A stretch of DNA of 64,000 nt from contig JAQVWG010000002.1 of the NCBI GenBank assembly GCA_028698585.1, positions 77,799 to 141,798 on the forward strand, written 5' to 3'. A program made the translations under genes and the position numbers. The notes under the pieces are model-generated. The model had not been told where the DNA came from and did not search any database. It saw only the letters and a program-made list of their open reading frames with translations. This DNA is from Clostridia bacterium (GTDB lineage: Bacteria; Bacillota; Clostridia; Christensenellales; CAG-314). Below, in pieces: positions 50,844 to 60,680 of this stretch (within the stretch, counting starts at the first letter, position 1; each line of letters begins with the position of its first letter).

Positions 50844-51787
50844 TGTACGATACCAAAAGACAATGGAAAGCATGGTTATATTTATTGCCGATGCTAGTTC
50901 TGCTGGCAGTCTTTACCATATGGCCCATAATCAATACGGTAAGAATGTCTATGCTAGAGAAGTATCAAGCGCTCGCGGCGGCAGGTGGCAAGACTTTTGA
51001 AGTAAGTTTCTATAACTTCAAGGATGTTCTCTCGTACAACAAGTTTCTCACATGCCTGAAGAACACAATGATTCTGTGCGTTGTCACAGTGCCCGTTTCC
51101 TCGATTTTAGCACTGCTTATTGCAGTTTTTCTCAACTCTATAAGACCACTCAAGAGAGTGCTCCAAACTATCTTTTTCCTTCCTTATGTTACCAACTCCA
51201 TTGCAATAGGTATGGTGTTCGCAGCTATGTTCAACATCGTTGGCAGTTTTCACGGTACACCTAACCAGATAATCGAGACAGCAGGCATAATCAATAATAT
51301 GCTGGGTGTGTTCGGCATTGAGCCTATTAACTGGATTAACCCGGGCTCAACTTATGGTGCTAACATTACCGTACTGGTAATATATATCGTATGGAATGCT
51401 CTGCCTTTCAAGATTCTTATACTACTAGGTGGACTTCAAGGTATCAATAAACAATACTATGATGCAGCCAAGGTAGATGGCACTCCCCGTAAACGCATTT
51501 TTACACGCATTACTGTCCCACTGTTATCACCAATGATTGCCTATGTCGTAATTACGGGATTTATCGGCGGATTCAAGGAGTACACTAGCATTGTCGGTAT
51601 ATTTGGCGAAGACATGGGGCCTGCTGGCGCATCCAAGAGACTCAATACCATGGTTGGATTCATATATGACGCCCTCGAGAATGGTAGACAAGGTAGGGCA
51701 AGCGCAGCTGCACTTATACTTTTTGCGATAATACTGGTTGTAACACTCATCAACCTGTACGTCAGCAAGAAGAGAGTGCACTACTAA
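50843..51787 (+). CDS. Carbohydrate-type (CUT1) ABC transporter permease
   Basis: Six TM helices. EAA-loop AAKVDGTPRKRIFTRITVPLLSP. ATG overlaps the ATPase stop. Confidence 0.88.
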   Translation: MYDTKRQWKAWLYLLPMLVLLAVFTIWPIINTVRMSMLEKYQALAAAGGKTFEVSFYNFKDVLSYNKFLTCLKNTMILCVVTVPVSSILALLIAVFLNSIRPLKRVLQTIFFLPYVTNSIAIGMVFAAMFNIVGSFHGTPNQIIETAGIINNMLGVFGIEPINWINPGSTYGANITVLVIYIVWNALPFKILILLGGLQGINKQYYDAAKVDGTPRKRIFTRITVPLLSPMIAYVVITGFIGGFKEYTSIVGIFGEDMGPAGASKRLNTMVGFIYDALENGRQGRASAAALILFAIILVVTLINLYVSKKRVHY

Positions 51788-51798
51788 GAGGTGTTAAT

Positions 51799-52689
51799 AT
51801 GAAAATAGATACAATGCATGAATTGAATGTTCAAGATGTCTCCAATAAGCAAAAAGTTGGCAAGATTATCGTAACAACACTCCTATATGTATTTCTGATT
51901 TTTATGGCGATAATTGTGCTGTTCCCATTCTACTGGATGATTAACTCGTCACTCAAGAGTATCGGCGAGTATTTACTGCCCGTACCCACATTCTGGCCAC
52001 ATAGGATACTGTTTGTTAACTATATAGATGCGTTCAAGACAGCCAACCTAGGCAGGCTGTTCCTCAATACAGTCTATGTTGGTGTTGTGTCCACACTGTT
52101 GTCACTGGTAATCACCATACTTTCTGCTTTTGCTTTCGCACGTTTAGAGTTCAAGGGCAAGAACGTGCTGTTTGCCTGTTTACTGGCTACTATGATGATA
52201 CCAGGCGAACTATTTACCATTACCAACTATGGCACAGTCAATGATTTAGGGTGGATGAACACATATACAGTGTTGATTGTCCCCTTCCTTGTCAGCATAT
52301 TCTATATATATCTGTTAAGGCAGAACTTCAAACAAATACCTAACGAATTATATTTGGCTGCCAAGGTTGACGGAACAAGCGACCTCAAATATCTAATTAA
52401 AGTAATGATTCCTCTTGCTTTGCCCACACTAATATCGATAACTATATTGAAAATGATGGGTGCTTGGAACTCATATATATGGCCTCGTTTAGTAGCTAGA
52501 GATATAGATCACACATTAATTACAGTAGGACTACGTAACGCATTTACTATCGATCCTGCCATAGGCTATGTCAATTATCCACAGCAAATGGCAGCAGTTG
52601 TCATAGTATCTGCACCATTGTTCCTAGTGTTCATATTCTTGAGAAAATATATCATGAAAGGCGTTAGCCGTAGCGGTATTAAAGGATAG
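51799..52689 (+). CDS. Carbohydrate-type (CUT1) ABC transporter permease
   Basis: EAA-loop AAKVDGTSDLKYLIKVMIPLALP. GAGGTG RBS. Confidence 0.88.
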   Translation: MKIDTMHELNVQDVSNKQKVGKIIVTTLLYVFLIFMAIIVLFPFYWMINSSLKSIGEYLLPVPTFWPHRILFVNYIDAFKTANLGRLFLNTVYVGVVSTLLSLVITILSAFAFARLEFKGKNVLFACLLATMMIPGELFTITNYGTVNDLGWMNTYTVLIVPFLVSIFYIYLLRQNFKQIPNELYLAAKVDGTSDLKYLIKVMIPLALPTLISITILKMMGAWNSYIWPRLVARDIDHTLITVGLRNAFTIDPAIGYVNYPQQMAAVVIVSAPLFLVFIFLRKYIMKGVSRSGIKG

Positions 52690-52726
52690 AAATAAACCAA
52701 CCAAAAAAATATAAAGGAGACTAAAA

Positions 52727-54172
52727 ATGAAGAAATTCTTATCAACAATCCTAGCAGTACTTATGTTATTGACAACAGCAATTGGCTTTGCAGCATGTAC
52801 TCCAGGCCCCGGCCCAAACCCAGGTCCTTCTGCCGAGCCTAATTTTGATGTCCCTGCCGAAGGTTACGACGGTAGCGAAGTAACAATTAAGTTCTACCAC
52901 ACCATGGGTAGTAATTTGACTGATGTGTTGAATCGCTACATCCCACTATTTAACGAGTTATACCCCAACATTACTATCGTACACGAGCAAGTTGGTGGTT
53001 ATGATGACGTTAGGGATCAAATCAGCACAGAGATTACTGAGGGTACACAACCCAACATTGCATACTGTTACCCAGATCACGTTGCTATGTACAATCTAGC
53101 CGGCGTTGTTACTACACTAGACAACTTAATTGATAGTGAGATAGTTGTTACACGTGCAGATGACACCACAGAAGTGCTAGGTCTAACGGCAGCACAGAAG
53201 GCTGACTTTATCGAAGGTTACTACAATGAGGGTAAGCAATTTGGCGATAACCTAATGTATACAATGCCCTTCTCCAAGTCAACAGAAGTGTTGTACTACA
53301 ACAAGACCTTCTTCGATGCTAATGGATTAACAGTTCCAACTACATGGGATGAGATGGAAGCACTATGCGCAGCAATCAAGCTACTAGATCCTACTTCAAT
53401 TCCACTAGGATATGACAGTGAAGCAAACTGGTTCATCACAATGTGTGAGCAGTATGGTTCAGGCTACACTAGCGCAACAGGCGACCACTTCATTTTCGAC
53501 AATGATACCAACAAGGCATTCGTTAAAGAAATTAGAGAATGGTATCAAGCAGGCTATTTAACCACACAAGAGATTTACGGCGCATATACCTCCACATTGT
53601 TCGTTTCCACAGAGGGAACCAAGAGTTATATGTCAATCGGTTCATCTGCTGGTGCTACTCACCAACGCCCTGCACAAGATACAAATGGTAACTATCCATT
53701 CGAAGTAGGTATCGCTCCAATCCCACAATTGAATCCAGATGATCCTAAGGCTATTTCTCAGGGCCCAAGCGTATGTATATTCCAGAAGGAAAACCCACAA
53801 GAAGTTGTTGCATCTTGGCTATTCGTCAAGTTCTTGACAACCAGTGTAGAGTTCCAAGCTGAGTTCTCAATGGCATCAGGTTATGTTCCTGTACTTAAGT
53901 CAGTTGCTGACAATGCTATCTATAAGGCATTCGTCGATGCTGCTAACGGTGGTAGCCACATTTCTGCACTGAGTGCTAAAGTATGTCTAGAACAACAAGA
54001 GTCATACTATGTATCCCCTGCATTCAATGGTTCTTCCACTGCTCGTGACCAAGTAGGTCTATTACTCCAAACATGCTTGACCACAGTGCTATCCGGAGGC
54101 CAAACTGTTGACGATTTAATTGATAGTGCATTCCAAGACGCAGTTGACGAGTGCGAATATTCTGCAGGTTAA
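52727..54172 (+). CDS. Extracellular solute-binding lipoprotein (family 1)
   Basis: AAAGGAG RBS. Lipobox IGFAA|C with a PGPGPNPGP linker. Size and composition are typical of CUT1 binding proteins. Confidence 0.85.
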   Translation: MKKFLSTILAVLMLLTTAIGFAACTPGPGPNPGPSAEPNFDVPAEGYDGSEVTIKFYHTMGSNLTDVLNRYIPLFNELYPNITIVHEQVGGYDDVRDQISTEITEGTQPNIAYCYPDHVAMYNLAGVVTTLDNLIDSEIVVTRADDTTEVLGLTAAQKADFIEGYYNEGKQFGDNLMYTMPFSKSTEVLYYNKTFFDANGLTVPTTWDEMEALCAAIKLLDPTSIPLGYDSEANWFITMCEQYGSGYTSATGDHFIFDNDTNKAFVKEIREWYQAGYLTTQEIYGAYTSTLFVSTEGTKSYMSIGSSAGATHQRPAQDTNGNYPFEVGIAPIPQLNPDDPKAISQGPSVCIFQKENPQEVVASWLFVKFLTTSVEFQAEFSMASGYVPVLKSVADNAIYKAFVDAANGGSHISALSAKVCLEQQESYYVSPAFNGSSTARDQVGLLLQTCLTTVLSGGQTVDDLIDSAFQDAVDECEYSAG

Positions 54173-54203
54173 CAATGAATCGTCACTCTAATAGGTGATT
54201 ATT

Positions 54204-55547
54204 ATGAAGAAACTGACAAAACTAACAATAATACTGCTTGTAATATGTCTACTGGCAACTTGTGTTGCGGGTTGTGAGCATTACAAGCCCGGACCCGATC
54301 CTGATCCGGTTGAAGTAGACTATGCTGTAGCTGTGGCATTTGATCCAACATCAACTGCCACCGTTAAGCAAGCAGTAACTGTCAAGACCTACATTGATGG
54401 TGATACTACTCACTTCTATGTACCCACAAGCATTGCCGAGTCGGGGACACTAAAGGCAAGATATCTAGCCATCAATACTCCAGAGTGTTCTGGCAAGGTA
54501 GAGGAGTATGGCAAGATGGCAGCCAAGTTTACCAAGGAGAAATTATCCTCAGCAACCTCTATATATATAGAATCTGATGATACTAGTTGGAATCTGGACT
54601 CTACCGGATACAGACACTTGGTGTGGGTATGGTATAAGACTGCTGACTCTGATGTATTTAGGAATCTCAATATTGAGATACTGCAGAATGGTTTAGCAAG
54701 GGCGTCTTCATCTGCTAACAACCGTTATGGCACGACCTGTATGAGCGCCATAGCTCAATCCAAACTGTTCAAGTACAACTTATATTCAGGTTTACCAGAT
54801 CCTAACTTCTACTATGGTGCAGCACAAGAGTTGACTCTTAAGGAGTTACGCTGTCACGTTGAAGATTATGTGGATACTGCAGTAGCATTCGAGGGCGTGG
54901 TTACCCGTAATAGCGGGAGTAACGGCGTATATGTAGAGAGTTATGATGCAGACACGGATATGTACTACAGTATGTACATTTACTATGGTTTTGCTTTGAG
55001 CGGTGACGGTCTCAATATACTGTCCGTTGGCAATCTAGTGCGTATAGTAGGTACTGTGCAGTACTATGAGGCAGGCGGCACTTATCAGGTGTCCGGATTA
55101 CAGTATTCTCCCATGCGCCCAACTGATCCAGCCAATATTCAGAAACTGGGTGAGGGGTACAGTCCTGCATACGACCTTATCACAGCTAATCAACTGAAGT
55201 ACGGCACAGTAATCATTACAGACGAGAACGATATTGCCACCACGTACGACTACGGTGAGTTAGCTTTGAGTTCGTCCGTATCATTGGAGAACTTGTACGT
55301 AACAAGTGCATATACCACGGATAACGGGGAAAGTTCATCATACGGAGCTATTACACTTACATGTCGTGCAAGTGACGGCACTGATATTACTGTCCGCACT
55401 ACGGTTATGTATGATGAGTACGGTAATCGTGTATTGCAGTCTGCATACGAGTATAAGACAATCAATATCAAAGGATTTGTAGATTACTACAGTGGTAAAT
55501 ATCAAATCAAGGTCTTGGATGATGTAGACATAACAATTGTAGATTAA
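54204..55547 (+). CDS. Lipoprotein: staphylococcal-type thermonuclease (SNase) domain plus C-terminal OB-fold-like modules
   Basis: AGGTGA RBS, then the ATG at 54204. Lipobox CVAG|C. SNase pattern VKTYIDGDTTHFYV..LKARYLAINTPE....EEYGKMAAKFTKEKL......NIEILQNGLA. Then VAFEGVVTRNSGSNGVYVESYD..GNLVRIVGTVQYY. Confidence 0.8.
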   Translation: MKKLTKLTIILLVICLLATCVAGCEHYKPGPDPDPVEVDYAVAVAFDPTSTATVKQAVTVKTYIDGDTTHFYVPTSIAESGTLKARYLAINTPECSGKVEEYGKMAAKFTKEKLSSATSIYIESDDTSWNLDSTGYRHLVWVWYKTADSDVFRNLNIEILQNGLARASSSANNRYGTTCMSAIAQSKLFKYNLYSGLPDPNFYYGAAQELTLKELRCHVEDYVDTAVAFEGVVTRNSGSNGVYVESYDADTDMYYSMYIYYGFALSGDGLNILSVGNLVRIVGTVQYYEAGGTYQVSGLQYSPMRPTDPANIQKLGEGYSPAYDLITANQLKYGTVIITDENDIATTYDYGELALSSSVSLENLYVTSAYTTDNGESSSYGAITLTCRASDGTDITVRTTVMYDEYGNRVLQSAYEYKTINIKGFVDYYSGKYQIKVLDDVDITIVD

Positions 55548-55581
55548 AAAAACCTATAAAAATAAAAAAGGAGATCAAAAA

Positions 55582-58500
55582 ATGAAAAAATTCATTGCTA
55601 GCATAGTGTTGTTACTAGTATTAGTTATGGCACTAGGAGCATGTCAGCCACCTGAACCGGGCAGTACAGAACTGAACCCAGTTAAGAGGGCTTTAGAGGC
55701 TCTATACGCAGAAGAGTCCGAGATTACCCTAGTTGACTTCACAAGACCCACCAGTATCGAAGTCGAGGGCGTAATCTATACACTCGAATGGAATGTAGAG
55801 GTTACTGAGGGTCTCGCAAGTGATGTTAAGGTAATACTCAATGATGACGGTACCGTTACAATTGACGTAGGTACAGCACCAGCCAATTCAGATGGTATTG
55901 AATACACCTTAACTGCAACCATTAGCAACGAAGCCGGCATCACTAAAGATGTGGAGTTTGATTATATTATTCCGTATTCTAAGCTAGTGTTGGCTAGAAA
56001 CTATCTATATGAGATGTATAAGGATGCATCTGCCATTACAGGAACTGATTTCACAAGAGTTAGTAATGCATTAGGCGGAGGGCAGACTTTCCCTATTTCT
56101 TGGACAGTTGACGTTACTACCGGTAACGAAACCGATGTTACCGTTAGTTTAGCTGATAACGTTGTAACAATCGACGTTCCAGATAGAGCAGAATCCAATA
56201 TTGCTTATGATTTGGTTGCAACAATTACCGATGCTGAAACTCAAAATACATTGTCTTTAACTTATCACTACACAGTGCCTAAGTTTGAGATTAACACTTT
56301 CGCTGAGTATGCAGCAGCAGAAAAAGACGCCAATCTAGTTATTCAAGGTATCGTTACTGGTATCATCAGCAAGACTGACGGTCGTAGTAGTAACTGTCTA
56401 TATATACAAGACTTGAATGATGAAGGTGGTTACTACGTCTATGGTCTAACAGATGATCCCAAGACCACTGGTATTGAGATAGGCATGAAAGTTCTAGTTA
56501 CCGGTCAGAAAGACATCTACAGTGGCACGTACGAATTAGTTAAGGCTACAGTGGAAGTTCTAGACGATACAATAGCAACAGTTACACCAGTAGATTTTAC
56601 CACGCTATTTACTGATGCTACAGCATTGACAGATACCGCCTTGGTTGCTAAACAAGGAATGCTTGTTACAATTAATGATGTTTCCATAACCGGGCAGGAT
56701 ACAACTAATGGTTACTACAAATTCGAGTTGGATGGATTAGAGAGTTATATTAGAATATCCAGTTCTGTATGTCCTCTAACAAATGACGAGAAGAATACAT
56801 TCATTGCTGACCACACCTCACACCTAGGCTATATTGCAGACGCTACAGGTGTTATCTGTGTATACAACGGTGCATTCTACCTAACTCCTGTTACCGTCGG
56901 TGCATTTAATTATATCTCTCTACCTGAGAGATCAGACGCTGAAAAGGTAGCCTTCGAGAAAGAAAATCTAGCTATCGAATTGGCCATAACCGAGGACGGA
57001 GAGTTCACACTGGATACAGTTGGTCAGAGTTATAACACTGTAACTATCTCTTGGGCAAGTGATAACGCATGTGCTGTTATTGATGCCGGTAAGGTCACAT
57101 ATACACTGCCAGAGGATGCAGCAACAGTTACTATTACAGCAACAATAACCTGTGGTGAAGTAACAGATACCAAGACATTCTCAGTTGCAGTTGACGCAGC
57201 AAGCACATCAGTTTATGTTGCTAAACCAGTTGCTGAGCCAGCAGTTAATACTGCTTATAAACTAGCAATAGCACAGAACAACCTAGGTCTAACACTATAC
57301 TTTGCAGGTACAATCAGTGGCAACTACCTACAAACAACGGATAAGGCTGAGAAGGCTGTTGACGTATTCATGGAAGCAGTAGAGGGAGGATTCCAATTCT
57401 ACTTCATGGATGGCGAGACCAAGACTTATATTGACATCAATACAAGCGGTAAAGCAGCACTAGTTACTGCTACACCTAATGCAGTATTCACACTAGACGC
57501 AACACTAGGTATCTATAAGGCAACGGTCGGTTCATACGACTATTATCTAGGCACATACAATCAATACAACACAATCAGCGCTAGCAAGACATCTTATATT
57601 AACGCTGACAATATTGACGTATCTCAATTCCCAGCAAGACTATGTGAGATTGCCTATGGTATGAATGTTGCTGAGCCAGTTGCTGAGCCAGCAGTTAATA
57701 CTGCTTATAAACTAGCAATTGCACAGAACAACCTAGGTCTAACACTATACTTTGCAGGTACAATCAGTGGCAACTACCTACAAACAACGGATAAGGCTGA
57801 GAAGGCTGTTGACGTATTCATGGAAGCAGTAGAGGGAGGATTCCAATTCTACTTCATGGATGGCGAGACCAAGACTTATATTGACATCAATACAAGCGGT
57901 AAAGCAGCACTAGTTACTGCTACACCTAATGCAGTATTCACACTAGACGCAACACTAGGTATCTATAAGGCAACGGTCGGTTCATACGACTATTATCTAG
58001 GCACATACAATCAATACAACACAATCAGCGCTAGCAAGACATCTTATATTAACGCTGACAATATTGACGTATCTCAATTCCCAGCAAGACTGTCAACAAT
58101 TGAGATTGTCAGTGAGAATACCGACATGACCGACGCAGAAAAAGTAGCCGTCGTTAAGGAAGCATTAACACTATCCAATACTCAAATTACCGCTAACTTT
58201 ACCCTACCTGTAGCAGGCGAAGAGTTCGGTACAATAGCATGGGCTGAGAAGGTTGACTCCGATGCTATTGCTATTACTGATGGTAATGTCACAGTTACTC
58301 GTCAAGTTGCTGACACCGAAGTTGTTCTAGTTGCTACCATTACAGTTGGTGAAGCAACAGACACTAAAGAGTTTACTATTACTGTTAATGCTGCTCTAGC
58401 ACTAACACACGCTGGAACACAGGCTGACCCATACTCAATAGCTGACGCACTACTAGTTGCTGGTGAACTGGCAACAGGCGGATTCACAGCAGAACAAGTT

Positions 58501-59457
58501 TACATTACCGGCATTGTTACTAATGCTGGTAATGATAACGGTACATATGTATCCCGTTTCTACCTAGCTGATACTATAAGCGGTACGACACTACTTGTGT
58601 ATAGTTGTAATGATGCTAATGACGTAACTTCAATAGCAGTTAATGATACTGTCGTTATTTATGGCAAACTGTGTAACTATAACGGAACACTTGAGGTTAC
58701 AAGTTTCACAACTATGATTGAGGGTGTAAGCACTATAGTGTACCCAACATTCATTTCTAAGACTGCCGGCACCTCAACAATCACAGTTGACGAGGCTATT
58801 GTCAATGCTACAGTAACCAACCTAAGCGCAACAAGTGGTCTAAATGGTTCTACATTTACATTTAATGTTACACCTGCAACAGGTTATGTTATCAGCGCAG
58901 TTAAGGTTAACGGCGTTATTGTTACAGCAGATGCTGAGACTAACGTGTATACAGGTACAGTTAATGGAAATACAGTTATTGTAGTTGAGACTGCTGCTGA
59001 TGATGCACCAGTAGTGCTTCAAGCTGTCGCAACCAAACCAATCGGTCCAGATTCTCCATATCTAACTACAGATCCAGATACGACCAACTATGCTGCTAAC
59101 ATTTCTCTAGACGAGACATTGTTTACTGTTAATTATGTTAAGAACGCATGCTCTAACGCTTCAGGATTTGTTAGATTGAATCCAACCAACCTACAGATAT
59201 ATTCTAAGGCTGGTATGAACATCACAATCAATGCTCCAGAAGGTAAAGTTGCCAATATTACTCGTATAGTAATCAAGACTACCAGCACTAAGGACATCAC
59301 AGTCAACGGTACTGCATATGGTGGCACAGGCGTAGCACTAACCACTGATATTGACCAAGTAATTAACGCAACAACAGTTTCTATCGTGGCTAACGGTACT
59401 GCCCAAATTAAGATTACCGGAATCACTATTTACTATACCTTAGAGGATGCCGAGTAA
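55582..59457 (+). CDS. Giant (1291 aa) multi-domain surface lipoprotein with two OB-fold-like modules and Ig-like repeat modules
   Basis: AAAAGGAG RBS. Lipobox MALGA|C. OB-like segments LVIQGIVTGIISKTDGRSSNCLYIQD..GMKVLVTGQKDIYSGTYEL and VYITGIVTNAGNDNGTYVSRFYLAD..NDTVVIYGKLCNYNGTLEV. Several internally repeated ~100-150-aa modules. Confidence 0.8.
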   Translation: MKKFIASIVLLLVLVMALGACQPPEPGSTELNPVKRALEALYAEESEITLVDFTRPTSIEVEGVIYTLEWNVEVTEGLASDVKVILNDDGTVTIDVGTAPANSDGIEYTLTATISNEAGITKDVEFDYIIPYSKLVLARNYLYEMYKDASAITGTDFTRVSNALGGGQTFPISWTVDVTTGNETDVTVSLADNVVTIDVPDRAESNIAYDLVATITDAETQNTLSLTYHYTVPKFEINTFAEYAAAEKDANLVIQGIVTGIISKTDGRSSNCLYIQDLNDEGGYYVYGLTDDPKTTGIEIGMKVLVTGQKDIYSGTYELVKATVEVLDDTIATVTPVDFTTLFTDATALTDTALVAKQGMLVTINDVSITGQDTTNGYYKFELDGLESYIRISSSVCPLTNDEKNTFIADHTSHLGYIADATGVICVYNGAFYLTPVTVGAFNYISLPERSDAEKVAFEKENLAIELAITEDGEFTLDTVGQSYNTVTISWASDNACAVIDAGKVTYTLPEDAATVTITATITCGEVTDTKTFSVAVDAASTSVYVAKPVAEPAVNTAYKLAIAQNNLGLTLYFAGTISGNYLQTTDKAEKAVDVFMEAVEGGFQFYFMDGETKTYIDINTSGKAALVTATPNAVFTLDATLGIYKATVGSYDYYLGTYNQYNTISASKTSYINADNIDVSQFPARLCEIAYGMNVAEPVAEPAVNTAYKLAIAQNNLGLTLYFAGTISGNYLQTTDKAEKAVDVFMEAVEGGFQFYFMDGETKTYIDINTSGKAALVTATPNAVFTLDATLGIYKATVGSYDYYLGTYNQYNTISASKTSYINADNIDVSQFPARLSTIEIVSENTDMTDAEKVAVVKEALTLSNTQITANFTLPVAGEEFGTIAWAEKVDSDAIAITDGNVTVTRQVADTEVVLVATITVGEATDTKEFTITVNAALALTHAGTQADPYSIADALLVAGELATGGFTAEQVYITGIVTNAGNDNGTYVSRFYLADTISGTTLLVYSCNDANDVTSIAVNDTVVIYGKLCNYNGTLEVTSFTTMIEGVSTIVYPTFISKTAGTSTITVDEAIVNATVTNLSATSGLNGSTFTFNVTPATGYVISAVKVNGVIVTADAETNVYTGTVNGNTVIVVETAADDAPVVLQAVATKPIGPDSPYLTTDPDTTNYAANISLDETLFTVNYVKNACSNASGFVRLNPTNLQIYSKAGMNITINAPEGKVANITRIVIKTTSTKDITVNGTAYGGTGVALTTDIDQVINATTVSIVANGTAQIKITGITIYYTLEDAE
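57226..58091 (+). repeat. In-frame tandem duplication inside the giant lipoprotein gene: two 416-bp copies at a 450-bp (150-codon) period
   Basis: Copies at 57226-57641 and 57676-58091 differ at a single synonymous base (gcaatA vs gcaatT). Confidence 0.95.
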
Positions 59458-59498
59458 GTGAACTTATCAATAGATTAGGCTATCTATTCCATATCATA

Positions 59499-59526
59499 AT
59501 GGCTCCCGTATGGGAGCCATTTTTGG
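59499..59526 (+). terminator. Rho-independent terminator of the lipoprotein/ABC block
   Basis: ATGGCTCCC-GTAT-GGGAGCCAT followed by TTTTTGG. Confidence 0.85.
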
Positions 59527-59930
59527 TATCGTATTCAACAACTATTGTGCGGATATGCCAATATGAGCAGTAACATATAAGTGTCTGCAATACGTTGCAA
59601 TGTCAGATGTATGCGGTGGAGAGTCAAGAAGCCAATGCATAATTGCTTACCCAGTTAATGCAGAACGTTCAGTTGGTCTTGAGCACGTGGCATTAGAATA
59701 ACAGTTTATAAGCATTTATAGTGAACATCTCAGTTAATGCTATAGCAATAAGCATTGAACGATTGATACAATAAAGACATAATACGCTGTAATTACTGAT
59801 TGAATTAAACATGCACTGATGACTCTACACAGCATAGTAATTATAGTGAGGTGCTCATATGTATTGTCCTATCGTCATTCCTCAATGATTAGCATGACTG
59901 AAGGTTGTGGTCAACTAAGTACTGCATTAT

Positions 59931-60645
59931 AGCAGAATAGTATGTGTGTAGTTGTCAGTAAACTAACGCTTGCAGATAGTAAATAATGTTAAGAGTCTAA
60001 CGATTAATGTTCTGTGGTTAATAATAAGCAATTGCACACAATCAGTAACATGTAATAGCAGAATAGTATGTGTGTAGTAGTCAGTAAACTAACGCTTGCA
60101 GATAGTAAATAATGTTAAGAGTCTAACGATTAATGTTCTGTGGTTAATAATAAGCAATTGCACACAATCAGTAACATGCAATAGCAGAATAGTATGTGTG
60201 TAGTTGTCAGTAAACTAACGCTTGCAGATAGTAAATAATGTTAAGAGTCTAACGATTAATGTTCTGTGGTTAATAATAAGCAATTGCACACAATCGGTAA
60301 CATGTAATAGCAGAATAGTATGTGTGTAGTTGTCAGTAAACTAACGCTTGCAGATAGTAAATAATGTTAAGAGACTAACGATTAATGTTCTGTGGTTAAT
60401 AATAAGCAATTGCACACAATCAGTAACATGTAATAGCAGAATAGTATGTGTGTAGTAATCAGTAAACTAACGCTTGCAGATAGTAAATAATGTTAAGAGA
60501 CTAGCGATTAGTGTTCTATGATTATATTAACTAGTGATTGCACACAATCAGTTAAACGTTATAGCAGAATAGCCTATGTTGAGGAGTCTGTAAACAATAG
60601 TTGTAGATAGTAACTTAATATTGATAATCTACTGTTGATGTCGCT
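59931..60645. repeat. Tandem direct repeat array: 5 units of 126 bp plus a decayed sixth unit
   Basis: AGCAGAATAG starts at 59931, 60057, 60183, 60309, 60435 and (diverged) 60563. Units 1-4 differ at only a few positions. Divergence increases toward the nrnA side. Confidence 0.93.
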
Positions 60646-60680
60646 ATCGTTAACTATTATTAAGACTGCTGATTATTTGT

